DNA of 32,000 nucleotides from Andreprevotia sp. IGB-42 (GTDB lineage Bacteria > Pseudomonadota > Gammaproteobacteria > Burkholderiales > Chitinibacteraceae): NCBI RefSeq assembly GCF_009848685.1, contig NZ_WXTX01000012.1:63744-95743 (forward strand), in the 5' to 3' direction. Both the position numbers and the translations under genes were made by a program. The notes under the pieces are model-generated. The model ran no database searches. It had not been told where the DNA came from and worked only from the letters and a program-made list of their open reading frames with translations. Below, one piece after another: positions 16,222 to 24,160 of this stretch; the stretch's first letter is position 1; each line of letters starts with the position of its first letter.

Positions 16222-18156
16222 ATGTTTGATAATCGCTCAATCCGCCTGCACAGCCCGCTGCCCGATACCAGCCTGTTCTTCCGCAACCTGACTGGGGGTG
16301 AGGCGCTGAGTACGATCGGCCATTATCAACTGGCCGCCCTCTCGCTCAGCCCGGATCTGCCGCTGGATGATCTGGTAGGCCACCCGGTCACCATCGAGCT
16401 GGATCTGCCCAAAGGCGGACAGCGCTATATCCACCAGTATGTGGCCAGCATTGCGCTGATCGGCAAAGAGGGCCAGCACTACCGCTATGAAGCTGAATTG
16501 CGCCCATGGCTATGGTTTCTGACCCGCACTGCGGACTGGAAGATTTTCCAGAAGCAAAGCACGCTGGATATCGTCAAGAAGGTGTTTGCCGATCACGGCA
16601 TTGCCCGCTTTGAAGAACGCACCACGCAGAACTACCCGCCCCGCCGCTACTGTGTGCAGGCGGGCGAAACCGATGCCAACTTCGTGATGCGCCTGCTGGA
16701 GCAGGAAGGCATCTACTTCTTCTTTGAACACAAGGCAGACCAGCACGTGCTGGTACTGGCCGATGGCCTGCCCGCACACAAGCCGCGCCCGGGCTACGAG
16801 ACATTGCCGTTCGAGCACGGCGCCAACGACGGCGGCATGCGTATCGATGAAGAACACTTTGCCAACTGGCGTTACGGCAAGGTGGTGGAAAGCACGCGTT
16901 TCATCGTCAACGAATACGACTACTTCCGCCCTTCCGCCAACCTGCAGCTCAAGGCCACCGAAACCCGCGCGCACGGCCAGGCCCAGCACGATGTTTACCT
17001 GTGGCCCAGCGAGTATTACGCCAACGACCGCGGCCAGCACTTTGCCGATGTGCGGCTGGAAGAAAGCCAAGCCCGCCATGAAACAGCCAGCGGCAGCGGC
17101 CCGATTGAAGGCTTGGGCGCCGGCCAGCTGTTCACGCTGATCGACCACCCGCGCAATGATCAGAACCAGCAGTTCATGATCACCAGCGAACACTTGGTGC
17201 TGGAAGAGAACACCTACGAATCCACCGGCTCCGGCACCGGCCAGCGTGAGTGCCATATCACCGTGCTGCCGAGCAAGACCGCCTACCGCCCGCCGCGCGC
17301 CACGCCCAAGCCCATCATCCAGGGCACGCAAACGGCCAGCGTGGTCGGCCCTGCCGGTGAAGAAATCTATTGTGACGAAAAAGGCCGTGTGAAGATCCAG
17401 TTCCACTGGGATCGCTACGGCGCCAAGAACGAGCAATCCGGCTGCTGGGTACGCGTAGCCAGTGCCTGGGCCGGCCAGGGCTTTGGCGCCACCGCCATTC
17501 CGCGTATCGGCCAGGAAGTGCTGGTGTCCTTCATCGAAGGCGATGCAGACCGCCCCATCATCAGCGGCCGGGTTTACAACGAAGAACAGCCTACCCCGTT
17601 CGGCCACGCCAGCAGCAAGACCCAAAGCGGCCTGATCAGCCGTTCCAGCCCGGGTGGCGGGCCGGATAATGCCAACATGTTGCGGTTTGAAGACAAAACC
17701 GGCGCGGAGGAAGTCAAATTCCAGGCGGAAAAAGACATGAACGGCCTGGTCAAGAACAATCAGGGTTACGTGGTTGGCAATGATGAGCAACGCTACGTGG
17801 GCCATGATCAGGTACTGCGCGTACACAATGACCGGGTTGAAGTTGTCAAGAATGCGCTGACCATCATGGCCGGCGCAAGCCGCGCAGATGCGGTAGGCAC
17901 CACCTACCTCATCGAGGCCGGCGATGCGATCCGCCTGGTGTGCGGCAAGACCGTGCTGGAAATGAGTGCGGACGGCATGTTCAGCATCAGCTGCGAAGCC
18001 TTCAATATCACCGCCAAGCAAAGCGGTGAAATCAATACCCTGGGTGGCAAGCTTGATTTGAACAAGGATGGTGGCGCAGCCAGTACCGATTCCGGCCCGC
18101 ATGGCCAGAAAGGCACCATCGTGAATACCGTCAATCAAAACTTCCCAAGCAAGTAA
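16222..18156 (+). CDS. vgrG: T6SS spike protein VgrG (no C-terminal effector extension)
   Basis: 644 aa. It has gp27-like and gp5-like regions: RYEAELRPWLWFLTRT, QEGIYFFFEH, GRVKIQFHWDR, WVRVASAWAGQGFGATAIPRIGQEVLVSFIEGDADRPIISG. Confidence 0.95.
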   Translation: MFDNRSIRLHSPLPDTSLFFRNLTGGEALSTIGHYQLAALSLSPDLPLDDLVGHPVTIELDLPKGGQRYIHQYVASIALIGKEGQHYRYEAELRPWLWFLTRTADWKIFQKQSTLDIVKKVFADHGIARFEERTTQNYPPRRYCVQAGETDANFVMRLLEQEGIYFFFEHKADQHVLVLADGLPAHKPRPGYETLPFEHGANDGGMRIDEEHFANWRYGKVVESTRFIVNEYDYFRPSANLQLKATETRAHGQAQHDVYLWPSEYYANDRGQHFADVRLEESQARHETASGSGPIEGLGAGQLFTLIDHPRNDQNQQFMITSEHLVLEENTYESTGSGTGQRECHITVLPSKTAYRPPRATPKPIIQGTQTASVVGPAGEEIYCDEKGRVKIQFHWDRYGAKNEQSGCWVRVASAWAGQGFGATAIPRIGQEVLVSFIEGDADRPIISGRVYNEEQPTPFGHASSKTQSGLISRSSPGGGPDNANMLRFEDKTGAEEVKFQAEKDMNGLVKNNQGYVVGNDEQRYVGHDQVLRVHNDRVEVVKNALTIMAGASRADAVGTTYLIEAGDAIRLVCGKTVLEMSADGMFSISCEAFNITAKQSGEINTLGGKLDLNKDGGAASTDSGPHGQKGTIVNTVNQNFPSK

Positions 18157-18168
18157 AGGCCAGCAATC

Positions 18169-18612
18169 GTGAATTACCTTATCAATGAAGCGCTTTTCAA
18201 GTTGCCGGACCCTACGCCAACTGATTACACCATCAACATGATCAAGCTGAACCAGCTTGGGGCCAACCTTGCCATTGGCCGGGGCCAGATGCAGCCGGAT
18301 GAAACCAGCCTGGAAGAGAACGTGAAGCGCCAGCTGGAAGCATTGGACCGCCAAGTGAGCAGCTTGCGGATTCAAAACCAGAGCGCCTGCCAGATTGGCG
18401 AAAATCTGCAATACCCGGCATTTGAAATCCAATCCCGCTTTGTGCGGGGCAACGAGATCATTTACCAGCACCAGGTCATCCTGCAGATTCCGGATACCGA
18501 CAAAACGCTGGTATTTACGTATTCAAAGCCCACCGCGATGAATGAACAGGACGCACAAGCCTGGCAGGCCATCAAAAGCAGCATTCGCCTTGCGCAAGCC
18601 AACCCACAATAA
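18169..18612 (+). CDS. eagR: Eag-family (DUF1795/DcrB-like) T6SS effector chaperone
   Basis: 147 aa with a GTG start and AAAGG 8 nt upstream. It has a DUF1795-type opening (NYLINEALFKLPDPTPTDYTINM) and size. It sits between vgrG and a prePAAR Rhs gene, the canonical Eag context. Confidence 0.8.
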   Translation: MNYLINEALFKLPDPTPTDYTINMIKLNQLGANLAIGRGQMQPDETSLEENVKRQLEALDRQVSSLRIQNQSACQIGENLQYPAFEIQSRFVRGNEIIYQHQVILQIPDTDKTLVFTYSKPTAMNEQDAQAWQAIKSSIRLAQANPQ

Positions 18613-18623
18613 AGCCCCCCGAC

Positions 18624-19469
18624 ATGTCTGATCTCTGTGCCGCACGCCTGGGTGACCCCATTGTTCACACCTCCCTCCTAGGCGACATTCTGAAAGTCGC
18701 GCTGGATATTGCCGCATACGCATTGATTACAGCCGCCGCCGTTGCCGCGGTTGCAGCTGCCGCAGCGGCAACCGGGTTGACCTTGGGCGCAGGTGCGCCC
18801 CTGTTGATTGGCGTGGTTGTCGGGATCGGCATGGGGGTCTCTGGTGGCTCCGGCTTACTGGATAAAGCCACCACCGGGATAGCCAATTTCATCTGCCCCC
18901 CGCAGGAAGACGGCAAGATCCTGACCGGCTCTACCAATACCTTCACCAACAGCAAGCCTGCTGCCCGTGCAGCCGGCAAGGTGGGGGGTGGCCCTGCGTC
19001 GCCACCGCCCGCACCCAGCCTGGGTGATGAGGTAGTCGGGTTTCTGTCGGACATGTGGCGGCCCACGATTGCGGTAGCGGCACCGGGCTCATCCCCTGTG
19101 CCACTGGATACCGTGCTGTGTGGCAAACATCCGCCCGCCCCACCGGCTTTTCTGGCACAAGGCTCGGAATCCGTTTTCATCAACAGCCAGCCCGCCACAC
19201 GCAAAGGTGACAAAACCACCTGCGGTGCAGATGTGGGCACGGCATCCAAGAACGTATTCATTGGTGGCCAGACCATTACCGTGCGTGACGTAAAAAGCGG
19301 TGCCAACCCCTGGGTGGGTGCCATTGCTACGGTAGCCCTGCTGCTGACTGGCAAGGTCAAAGGCAGCTTCTGCACCAAGCTACTCTGTATGGGTGGCAGC
19401 TTTGTGGTCGGTGTTGCCACTGCGTATGTCACGCAGCGCGCCGTTACCGCAATCAACAACTTCCGTCAG
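18624..19469 (+). other. Rhs N-terminal loading region: prePAAR motif, TMD1 (aa ~25-75), split PAAR domain (aa ~95-215), TMD2 (aa ~228-270)
   Basis: Read from the translation. Two TM regions plus an Rhs cage plus an upstream Eag gene match the class II prePAAR effector architecture described for EagR-dependent effectors. Confidence 0.75.
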
Positions 19470-22400
19470 GGTAGCCCGGTACACGTGCTGAGCGGTGCCA
19501 AGGTACTCGATGCGGAAGACGATCTCGACTTTTCACTACCGGGCCGCATGCCCATTACCTGGCAGCGGGTATATAACAGCCGCAACCTGTCCTCCACCGG
19601 TTTGTTTGGTCAGGGCTGGTCTTGCGATTACGCCCAACAGATCAGTACCGACCTCCGCCCGGATGGCGTGCATTACCATCTGCAACTGGATGACGGCCAG
19701 GTGCTCAGTGTGCCGCCCATGGCCGCGGGCGAGTCTTATCACGTTGTCGATCTGGGGCTGCGCGTAGGCCGTACCGAAGGCGATCACCTGATCGTCGAGA
19801 TCATTGATGCCGGCATCTATTATCTGTTTGGCAAGCTTGACCATCTTGCCGCAGTGCAAAACCAGCCATTGCGTGGCATTGAAGACCGCCACGGCAACCG
19901 CCTGACCTTGCGCCACGACGAACATGGCCGCTTGTACCAGATGATCAACTGCAGTGGCGTGCTGGTTGAACTGAGTTATGACCCGCAGCACCCGCAGCGC
20001 GTAGCAAAGATGGAACGCCTGTATCTCAATCAGGCGCCAGAGCGCGAAACGCTGGTTGAATACGCTTACGATGCACGCGGCCAGCTCATTGAAGTGCGCG
20101 ACAGCGCGGGCCAGAGCGTGCGCCGTTTTGCCTATGACAACAATAGTTTGATGGTGGAACAAGCCTTGCGCACCGGCCTGATATGCCATTACGAGTGGCA
20201 GCAGGTGCAGGATGCGCAGGGCGTTTTTCCAAGGGTGGTGCGCCACACCAACAGCCTTGGTCAGCTCTGGCAATTTGCCTATGACGGCGAGCAAGGCATC
20301 ACCCGCTGCACCGATCAACTGGGCCGCACGCAAACGTGGACCTGGGATGCGCTGTATCAGGTGCTCAGCCACACCGATGCACTGGGCCGCACTACCCTGT
20401 GCGAATGGACCGAACAACGGATGCCCGCAGCCATCGAAGGGCCGGACGGCGGCCGTGATACAGCCAGCTATGACGATGCCGGCAATGTGGTGGCGCTGAC
20501 TGACCCACTGGGCCGCAGCTATACCTTCAGTTGGCACCCGCAGTGGCTGCAGGTGGTCAACATGGTCGAGCCAGGTGGCCAGGCCTGGCAGTTCGAGTAT
20601 GACAACGAAGGCCAGCGTGTACGCACTACGGACCCGCTTGGCCATGTCACGCTGGAGAACTACGACGATCATGGTCAACTGATCAAGATCACCGACCCGC
20701 GCGGCGGCCAGAACCTGCTGGTGTGGAACGGCATGGGGCAGTTGATCCAGGAAACCGATTGCTCCGGGAAATCCAGCTATTTCTATTACGATGTGCATGG
20801 CCTGCCCATCCGCACCGTCAACGCCATCGGCAACGAAACCAGCTTCAACTGGGATGCAGTGGGCCAGCTGAAGCAACTGCAACTGGCCGATGGCAGCCAG
20901 CAGCAATTTCACTGGTCCACGGAAGGATGGCTGGCAGCGGAGACCGATGCCCTCGGCCAGATCACCCGCTACGAGCGTGACCCGCTGGGCCGGCTGGCCC
21001 GCAAAACCGACCCGCTACACGGCACGCTGGCATTTGAATACGACCGCGCCGGCAACCTGGCGCAACTGCGTAACCAGAACCAGCAAAGCTACGGCTTCAA
21101 TTACGACGCTGCGGACCAATGCACCGCTGAAATCTCGCTGGATGGCCGCCGCCGTGAGTATGGCCTGGATATCAATGGCAATACGGTGGAAGTGCGTGAA
21201 GCCGCAGGCAGCGTGCACCAGATCGTTACCGAGCTACAGCGCGATATCATGGGCCGGCTGGTTGCCAAGATCACCGCGGAAACCGTCACCCGCTACAGCT
21301 GGGATGCCAATGACCAGGTCATCCAGGTAGCACGCTGGGCCAGGGATGATACGGCGGAACAGCAGCAAGGTGCTTTCATCGACCAGATCGACTGGGCCTA
21401 TGATCCACTGGGCAGCCTGCTAAGTGAAACCACCAAGCGGCTGCGCGCCTCCCCCTACCCCGGGCAGCCCGCGCAGGAAGACGTGCAGACGCTGCAGCAC
21501 GAATACGATGTGCTGGGTAACCGTATTGCCACCACCCTGCCCGATGGCCGCCGGCTGCAATGGCTGAGCTATGGTAGCGGCCATGTGCACCAGATCATGC
21601 TGGATGGCGAGATCATGTGCGATATGGATCGTGATGATCTGCACCGCGAAATTGCCCGCAGCCAGGGTCTTCTGAATTCTGCATTTGAATATGACGCGGT
21701 CGGCCGCCAGACCCGCCACTGGGCATTCAAGCCTGGCCAGCAATGGCCATGGCCGCAAGCGCGGGAGGAAATCCGCCAGCGCAGCCTGCACCCGCGTGTG
21801 GGCGATGCCCTGGCCAAGCACTTTGAATATGGCCCGACTGGCGAGCTGACCCGCCGGCAAGACACCATCAATGGTGAAGCACTGTTCAGCTACGACGCCA
21901 TCGGCCGCCTGCGCGAAGCGCGCTCGTCAGTGGTGAATGAACACTTCGCCTACGATGCCGCCTCCAACATGCTGGACCCGGTACGCACCGGCCAGGCGCA
22001 AGCCGCACTGCTGCACAACCGTATCAGCGTGCACGAAGACAAACGCTTTGCCTACGATGCGCACGGCAGGCTGGCCGAGAAGCGCATCGGCGCCCATACC
22101 ATCCAGACCTTCCGCTACAACTGCGAACACCAGTTGATTGAAGTGGCCATCCTCAAACATGGTCAGCAAAGCAGCGTGCGCTTTGAATACGATGCGCTGG
22201 GCAGGCGTACTGCCAAGCACAGCGGCAACAGCAGCACCCGCTTTGGCTGGGATGGCATGCAGATGATCCTGGAGGACAGCCACAGCAGCCACACCCTGTA
22301 CCTGTATGAACCAGGCAGCTATACCCCGCTGGCCCGCGTGGACCGCCGCCCGGATGCCGCCAATGACGATGCAACCGTTTACTGGTTCCACGCCAACCCC

Positions 22401-23105
22401 ACCGGCGCGCCGGAAGAACTGACCGACCGCAATGGCCGCGTAGTGTGGCAGGCACGTTACCAAAGCTGGGGTAACCTGGCGCTGGAGCAACAGCCAGCGG
22501 ATGAATACGCCGTCACCAAGCTACAGAACGACCTGCGCTACCCCGGCCAGTATCATGACCGGGAAACGGGGCTGCACTACAATACCTTCCGCTACTATGA
22601 TCCGGACATCGGCCGCTTTACCACAGAAGACCCGATCGGCTTGAATGGTGGTTTGAACCTGTATCAGTATGGGCCCAATCCGTTTGCATGGATTGATCCG
22701 TGGGGATGGGTATGTAAAAGTGCTTTTAGTGGTAATCGAGGTAGAAATAAGGCCATGCATGATTTGAAGAGAAATGGCTTTAAGCTTGTTGCTGAAGAAG
22801 TAACAATGAAGGTCAACGGCAAACGAATTCGCGCTGACTTTGTCATGCAAGACCAACAAGGAAAATATCACGTCTTCGAAGTAAAGCATGGCTCCGGTGG
22901 CCTCACGAAAAATCAAAAGGCTGCAGGCGTTTTTGATATGAAATCACCTGCCAATACTACAAAAAATCTTGGGGGAGGAACAATTAAACCTTCTCAAGGA
23001 AAACAAGGTGTATTCAAAGTCGCCACACGCGGCCAACCAGGCAAGGAACTAGGTGGATTTGGCGCTCAACACGACGCCACATTCAACCTACTAATTTACA
23101 AATAG
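18624..23105 (+). CDS. rhs: prePAAR/PAAR-Rhs T6SS effector with a variable C-terminal toxin domain
   Basis: 1493 aa. It has a prePAAR motif AARLGDPIVH (aa 6-15), two hydrophobic TM regions flanking a PAAR domain, the Rhs N-terminal plug motif (PVHVLSGAKVLDAEDDLDF), and many YD repeats (YDxxGxL). The Rhs core ends in DPIGLNGGLNLYQYGPNPFAWIDPWGW. Confidence 0.95.
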   Translation: MSDLCAARLGDPIVHTSLLGDILKVALDIAAYALITAAAVAAVAAAAAATGLTLGAGAPLLIGVVVGIGMGVSGGSGLLDKATTGIANFICPPQEDGKILTGSTNTFTNSKPAARAAGKVGGGPASPPPAPSLGDEVVGFLSDMWRPTIAVAAPGSSPVPLDTVLCGKHPPAPPAFLAQGSESVFINSQPATRKGDKTTCGADVGTASKNVFIGGQTITVRDVKSGANPWVGAIATVALLLTGKVKGSFCTKLLCMGGSFVVGVATAYVTQRAVTAINNFRQGSPVHVLSGAKVLDAEDDLDFSLPGRMPITWQRVYNSRNLSSTGLFGQGWSCDYAQQISTDLRPDGVHYHLQLDDGQVLSVPPMAAGESYHVVDLGLRVGRTEGDHLIVEIIDAGIYYLFGKLDHLAAVQNQPLRGIEDRHGNRLTLRHDEHGRLYQMINCSGVLVELSYDPQHPQRVAKMERLYLNQAPERETLVEYAYDARGQLIEVRDSAGQSVRRFAYDNNSLMVEQALRTGLICHYEWQQVQDAQGVFPRVVRHTNSLGQLWQFAYDGEQGITRCTDQLGRTQTWTWDALYQVLSHTDALGRTTLCEWTEQRMPAAIEGPDGGRDTASYDDAGNVVALTDPLGRSYTFSWHPQWLQVVNMVEPGGQAWQFEYDNEGQRVRTTDPLGHVTLENYDDHGQLIKITDPRGGQNLLVWNGMGQLIQETDCSGKSSYFYYDVHGLPIRTVNAIGNETSFNWDAVGQLKQLQLADGSQQQFHWSTEGWLAAETDALGQITRYERDPLGRLARKTDPLHGTLAFEYDRAGNLAQLRNQNQQSYGFNYDAADQCTAEISLDGRRREYGLDINGNTVEVREAAGSVHQIVTELQRDIMGRLVAKITAETVTRYSWDANDQVIQVARWARDDTAEQQQGAFIDQIDWAYDPLGSLLSETTKRLRASPYPGQPAQEDVQTLQHEYDVLGNRIATTLPDGRRLQWLSYGSGHVHQIMLDGEIMCDMDRDDLHREIARSQGLLNSAFEYDAVGRQTRHWAFKPGQQWPWPQAREEIRQRSLHPRVGDALAKHFEYGPTGELTRRQDTINGEALFSYDAIGRLREARSSVVNEHFAYDAASNMLDPVRTGQAQAALLHNRISVHEDKRFAYDAHGRLAEKRIGAHTIQTFRYNCEHQLIEVAILKHGQQSSVRFEYDALGRRTAKHSGNSSTRFGWDGMQMILEDSHSSHTLYLYEPGSYTPLARVDRRPDAANDDATVYWFHANPTGAPEELTDRNGRVVWQARYQSWGNLALEQQPADEYAVTKLQNDLRYPGQYHDRETGLHYNTFRYYDPDIGRFTTEDPIGLNGGLNLYQYGPNPFAWIDPWGWVCKSAFSGNRGRNKAMHDLKRNGFKLVAEEVTMKVNGKRIRADFVMQDQQGKYHVFEVKHGSGGLTKNQKAAGVFDMKSPANTTKNLGGGTIKPSQGKQGVFKVATRGQPGKELGGFGAQHDATFNLLIYK
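22710..23105 (+). other. Rhs C-terminal toxin domain (aa 1363-1493), unassigned family, with a PD-(D/E)xK-like residue pattern
   Basis: It begins immediately after DPWGW. GC drops abruptly at this exact point. The pattern is GFKLVAEE...RADFVMQD...YHVFEVKHG...TKNQ, with candidate residues D1405, E1419 and K1421. Confidence 0.55.
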
Positions 23106-23114
23106 AGAATAGGC

Positions 23115-23720
23115 ATGTTTGATTTGAAAGAATTTGAGGCAACTTTTCTTGAAACCCTAAAAGAAAGAAAAGAAAGTGGGACATCTTTATCTAAAAACAC
23201 AATAAAGTATAAAAAAGGCAGCGAGGTGATTGCTGAAATATATATACAACATTTGAGAAATGCAGATGGCTACTATGCTGGAGCACGTGCTTACAGCAGC
23301 GAAATTGAGAATTTTTGTAAAGAGGCTGCGCCGCCCTACAAGAACAATTTATCTAACCCCGCTTTTTTTTCTGCCACATCCCAAAATGAGCCATATAAAA
23401 GGTTTGGCGATGATACAACCGGAGTTGTCAGGCTAAACAAAAATCAAAGCACAAAAGAAAATGCCGAGCGAATTTTTCAAAAATTAAATGAATTCTACAT
23501 AAGAAGAATTAAAAATTGCCTAACCCTCGACACAGCTTTGATTAAAGAAGTCATTGATAGCCCAAACGATTTTTCATACCCGTTCTTGATAGTTGTTTTT
23601 GCAGCAAAGCAAAGCAAACTACCTTTTGACAGCGAGGCAGTCCAAGAAGCTATATGTAAAAAAGGCATGCTTGGGAAAAAAGATTTTGATTTTGCATTTG
23701 CTAAAAAATATTTAGCCTAA
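23115..23720 (+). CDS. Putative cognate immunity protein of the Rhs C-terminal toxin (hypothetical, cytoplasmic)
   Basis: 201 aa. The start is 9 nt after the rhs stop. There is no signal peptide or TM. It is Lys/Glu/Phe-rich and very AT-rich (two sampled 60-nt lines: 27 % and 40 % GC). I recognised no family signature. The immunity role is inferred only from position and shared composition with the toxin domain. Confidence 0.6.
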   Translation: MFDLKEFEATFLETLKERKESGTSLSKNTIKYKKGSEVIAEIYIQHLRNADGYYAGARAYSSEIENFCKEAAPPYKNNLSNPAFFSATSQNEPYKRFGDDTTGVVRLNKNQSTKENAERIFQKLNEFYIRRIKNCLTLDTALIKEVIDSPNDFSYPFLIVVFAAKQSKLPFDSEAVQEAICKKGMLGKKDFDFAFAKKYLA

Positions 23721-23922
23721 TTAATCGGACACCAACGGCCTCGGCAAGTCAGAAACGTTGTCAAATAGAAATTGACGGAGCCCTTGGCAGAAAATCAGTA
23801 ATCGATCAAACGATTACATAGAACTCCAAAGAATTCCAAAAAATGCTAAGGAACATCTGCAAAAATCAGCACCCGGCCGACTGATGTGATTGAATCAGGC
23901 ATCCCACTCAAGCGCCAGCACA

Positions 23923-24065
23923 ATGAAACAGCAAAGCGTCGCCGAACACGCCTTCACCAAGCAGCCCAAGGCCACCAAGCGTCAGCAGTTTCTGGCAGGG
24001 ATTGACGAGGTCGTCCCTTGGGAGCGGCTGTGCAGCGTGATCGAACCGTTCTACCCCACGGGTAC
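23923..24065 (+). pseudogene. IS5-family transposase N-terminal fragment (DUF772-type), truncated remnant
   Basis: MKQQSVAEHAFTKQPKATKRQQFLAGIDEVVPWERLCSVIEPFYPTG matches the conserved IS5/InsH-type opening (MKQ.SFA....K.K.T.RE.FL..M..VVPW..L...IEP.YPK). Similarity stops at ~24065, and the rest of ORF 23890..24135 is unrelated. No DDE catalytic region is present. Confidence 0.6.
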
Positions 24066-24160
24066 TTCCAGAAACCCCTTTTTCCATAAAACACCGCTTA
24101 TATCAATCAATAGGTTACATGCGCACGGCGGTTGAAAATCGAGGTTTTTGGAAGTTCCCA

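Noticed and set aside
18731-18770. Long GC-rich palindromic stretch (gttgccgc...gcggcaac) inside rhs
   Set aside because: It is explained by codon repetition for the poly-Ala transmembrane segment (AAAVAAVAAAAAAT). It is not an independent regulatory element.
19500-22650. Repetitive YD/Rhs units as a DNA repeat array or CRISPR-like structure
   Set aside because: The periodicity is at the protein level only (degenerate YDxxGxL repeats). No conserved direct DNA repeats with unique spacers were seen anywhere in the window.
23890-24135. 81-aa ORF as an intact gene
   Set aside because: Only residues from MKQQSV to EPFYPTG resemble an IS5-type transposase N-terminus. The remainder is unrelated and no DDE domain follows. 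It is called a truncated remnant or pseudogene.
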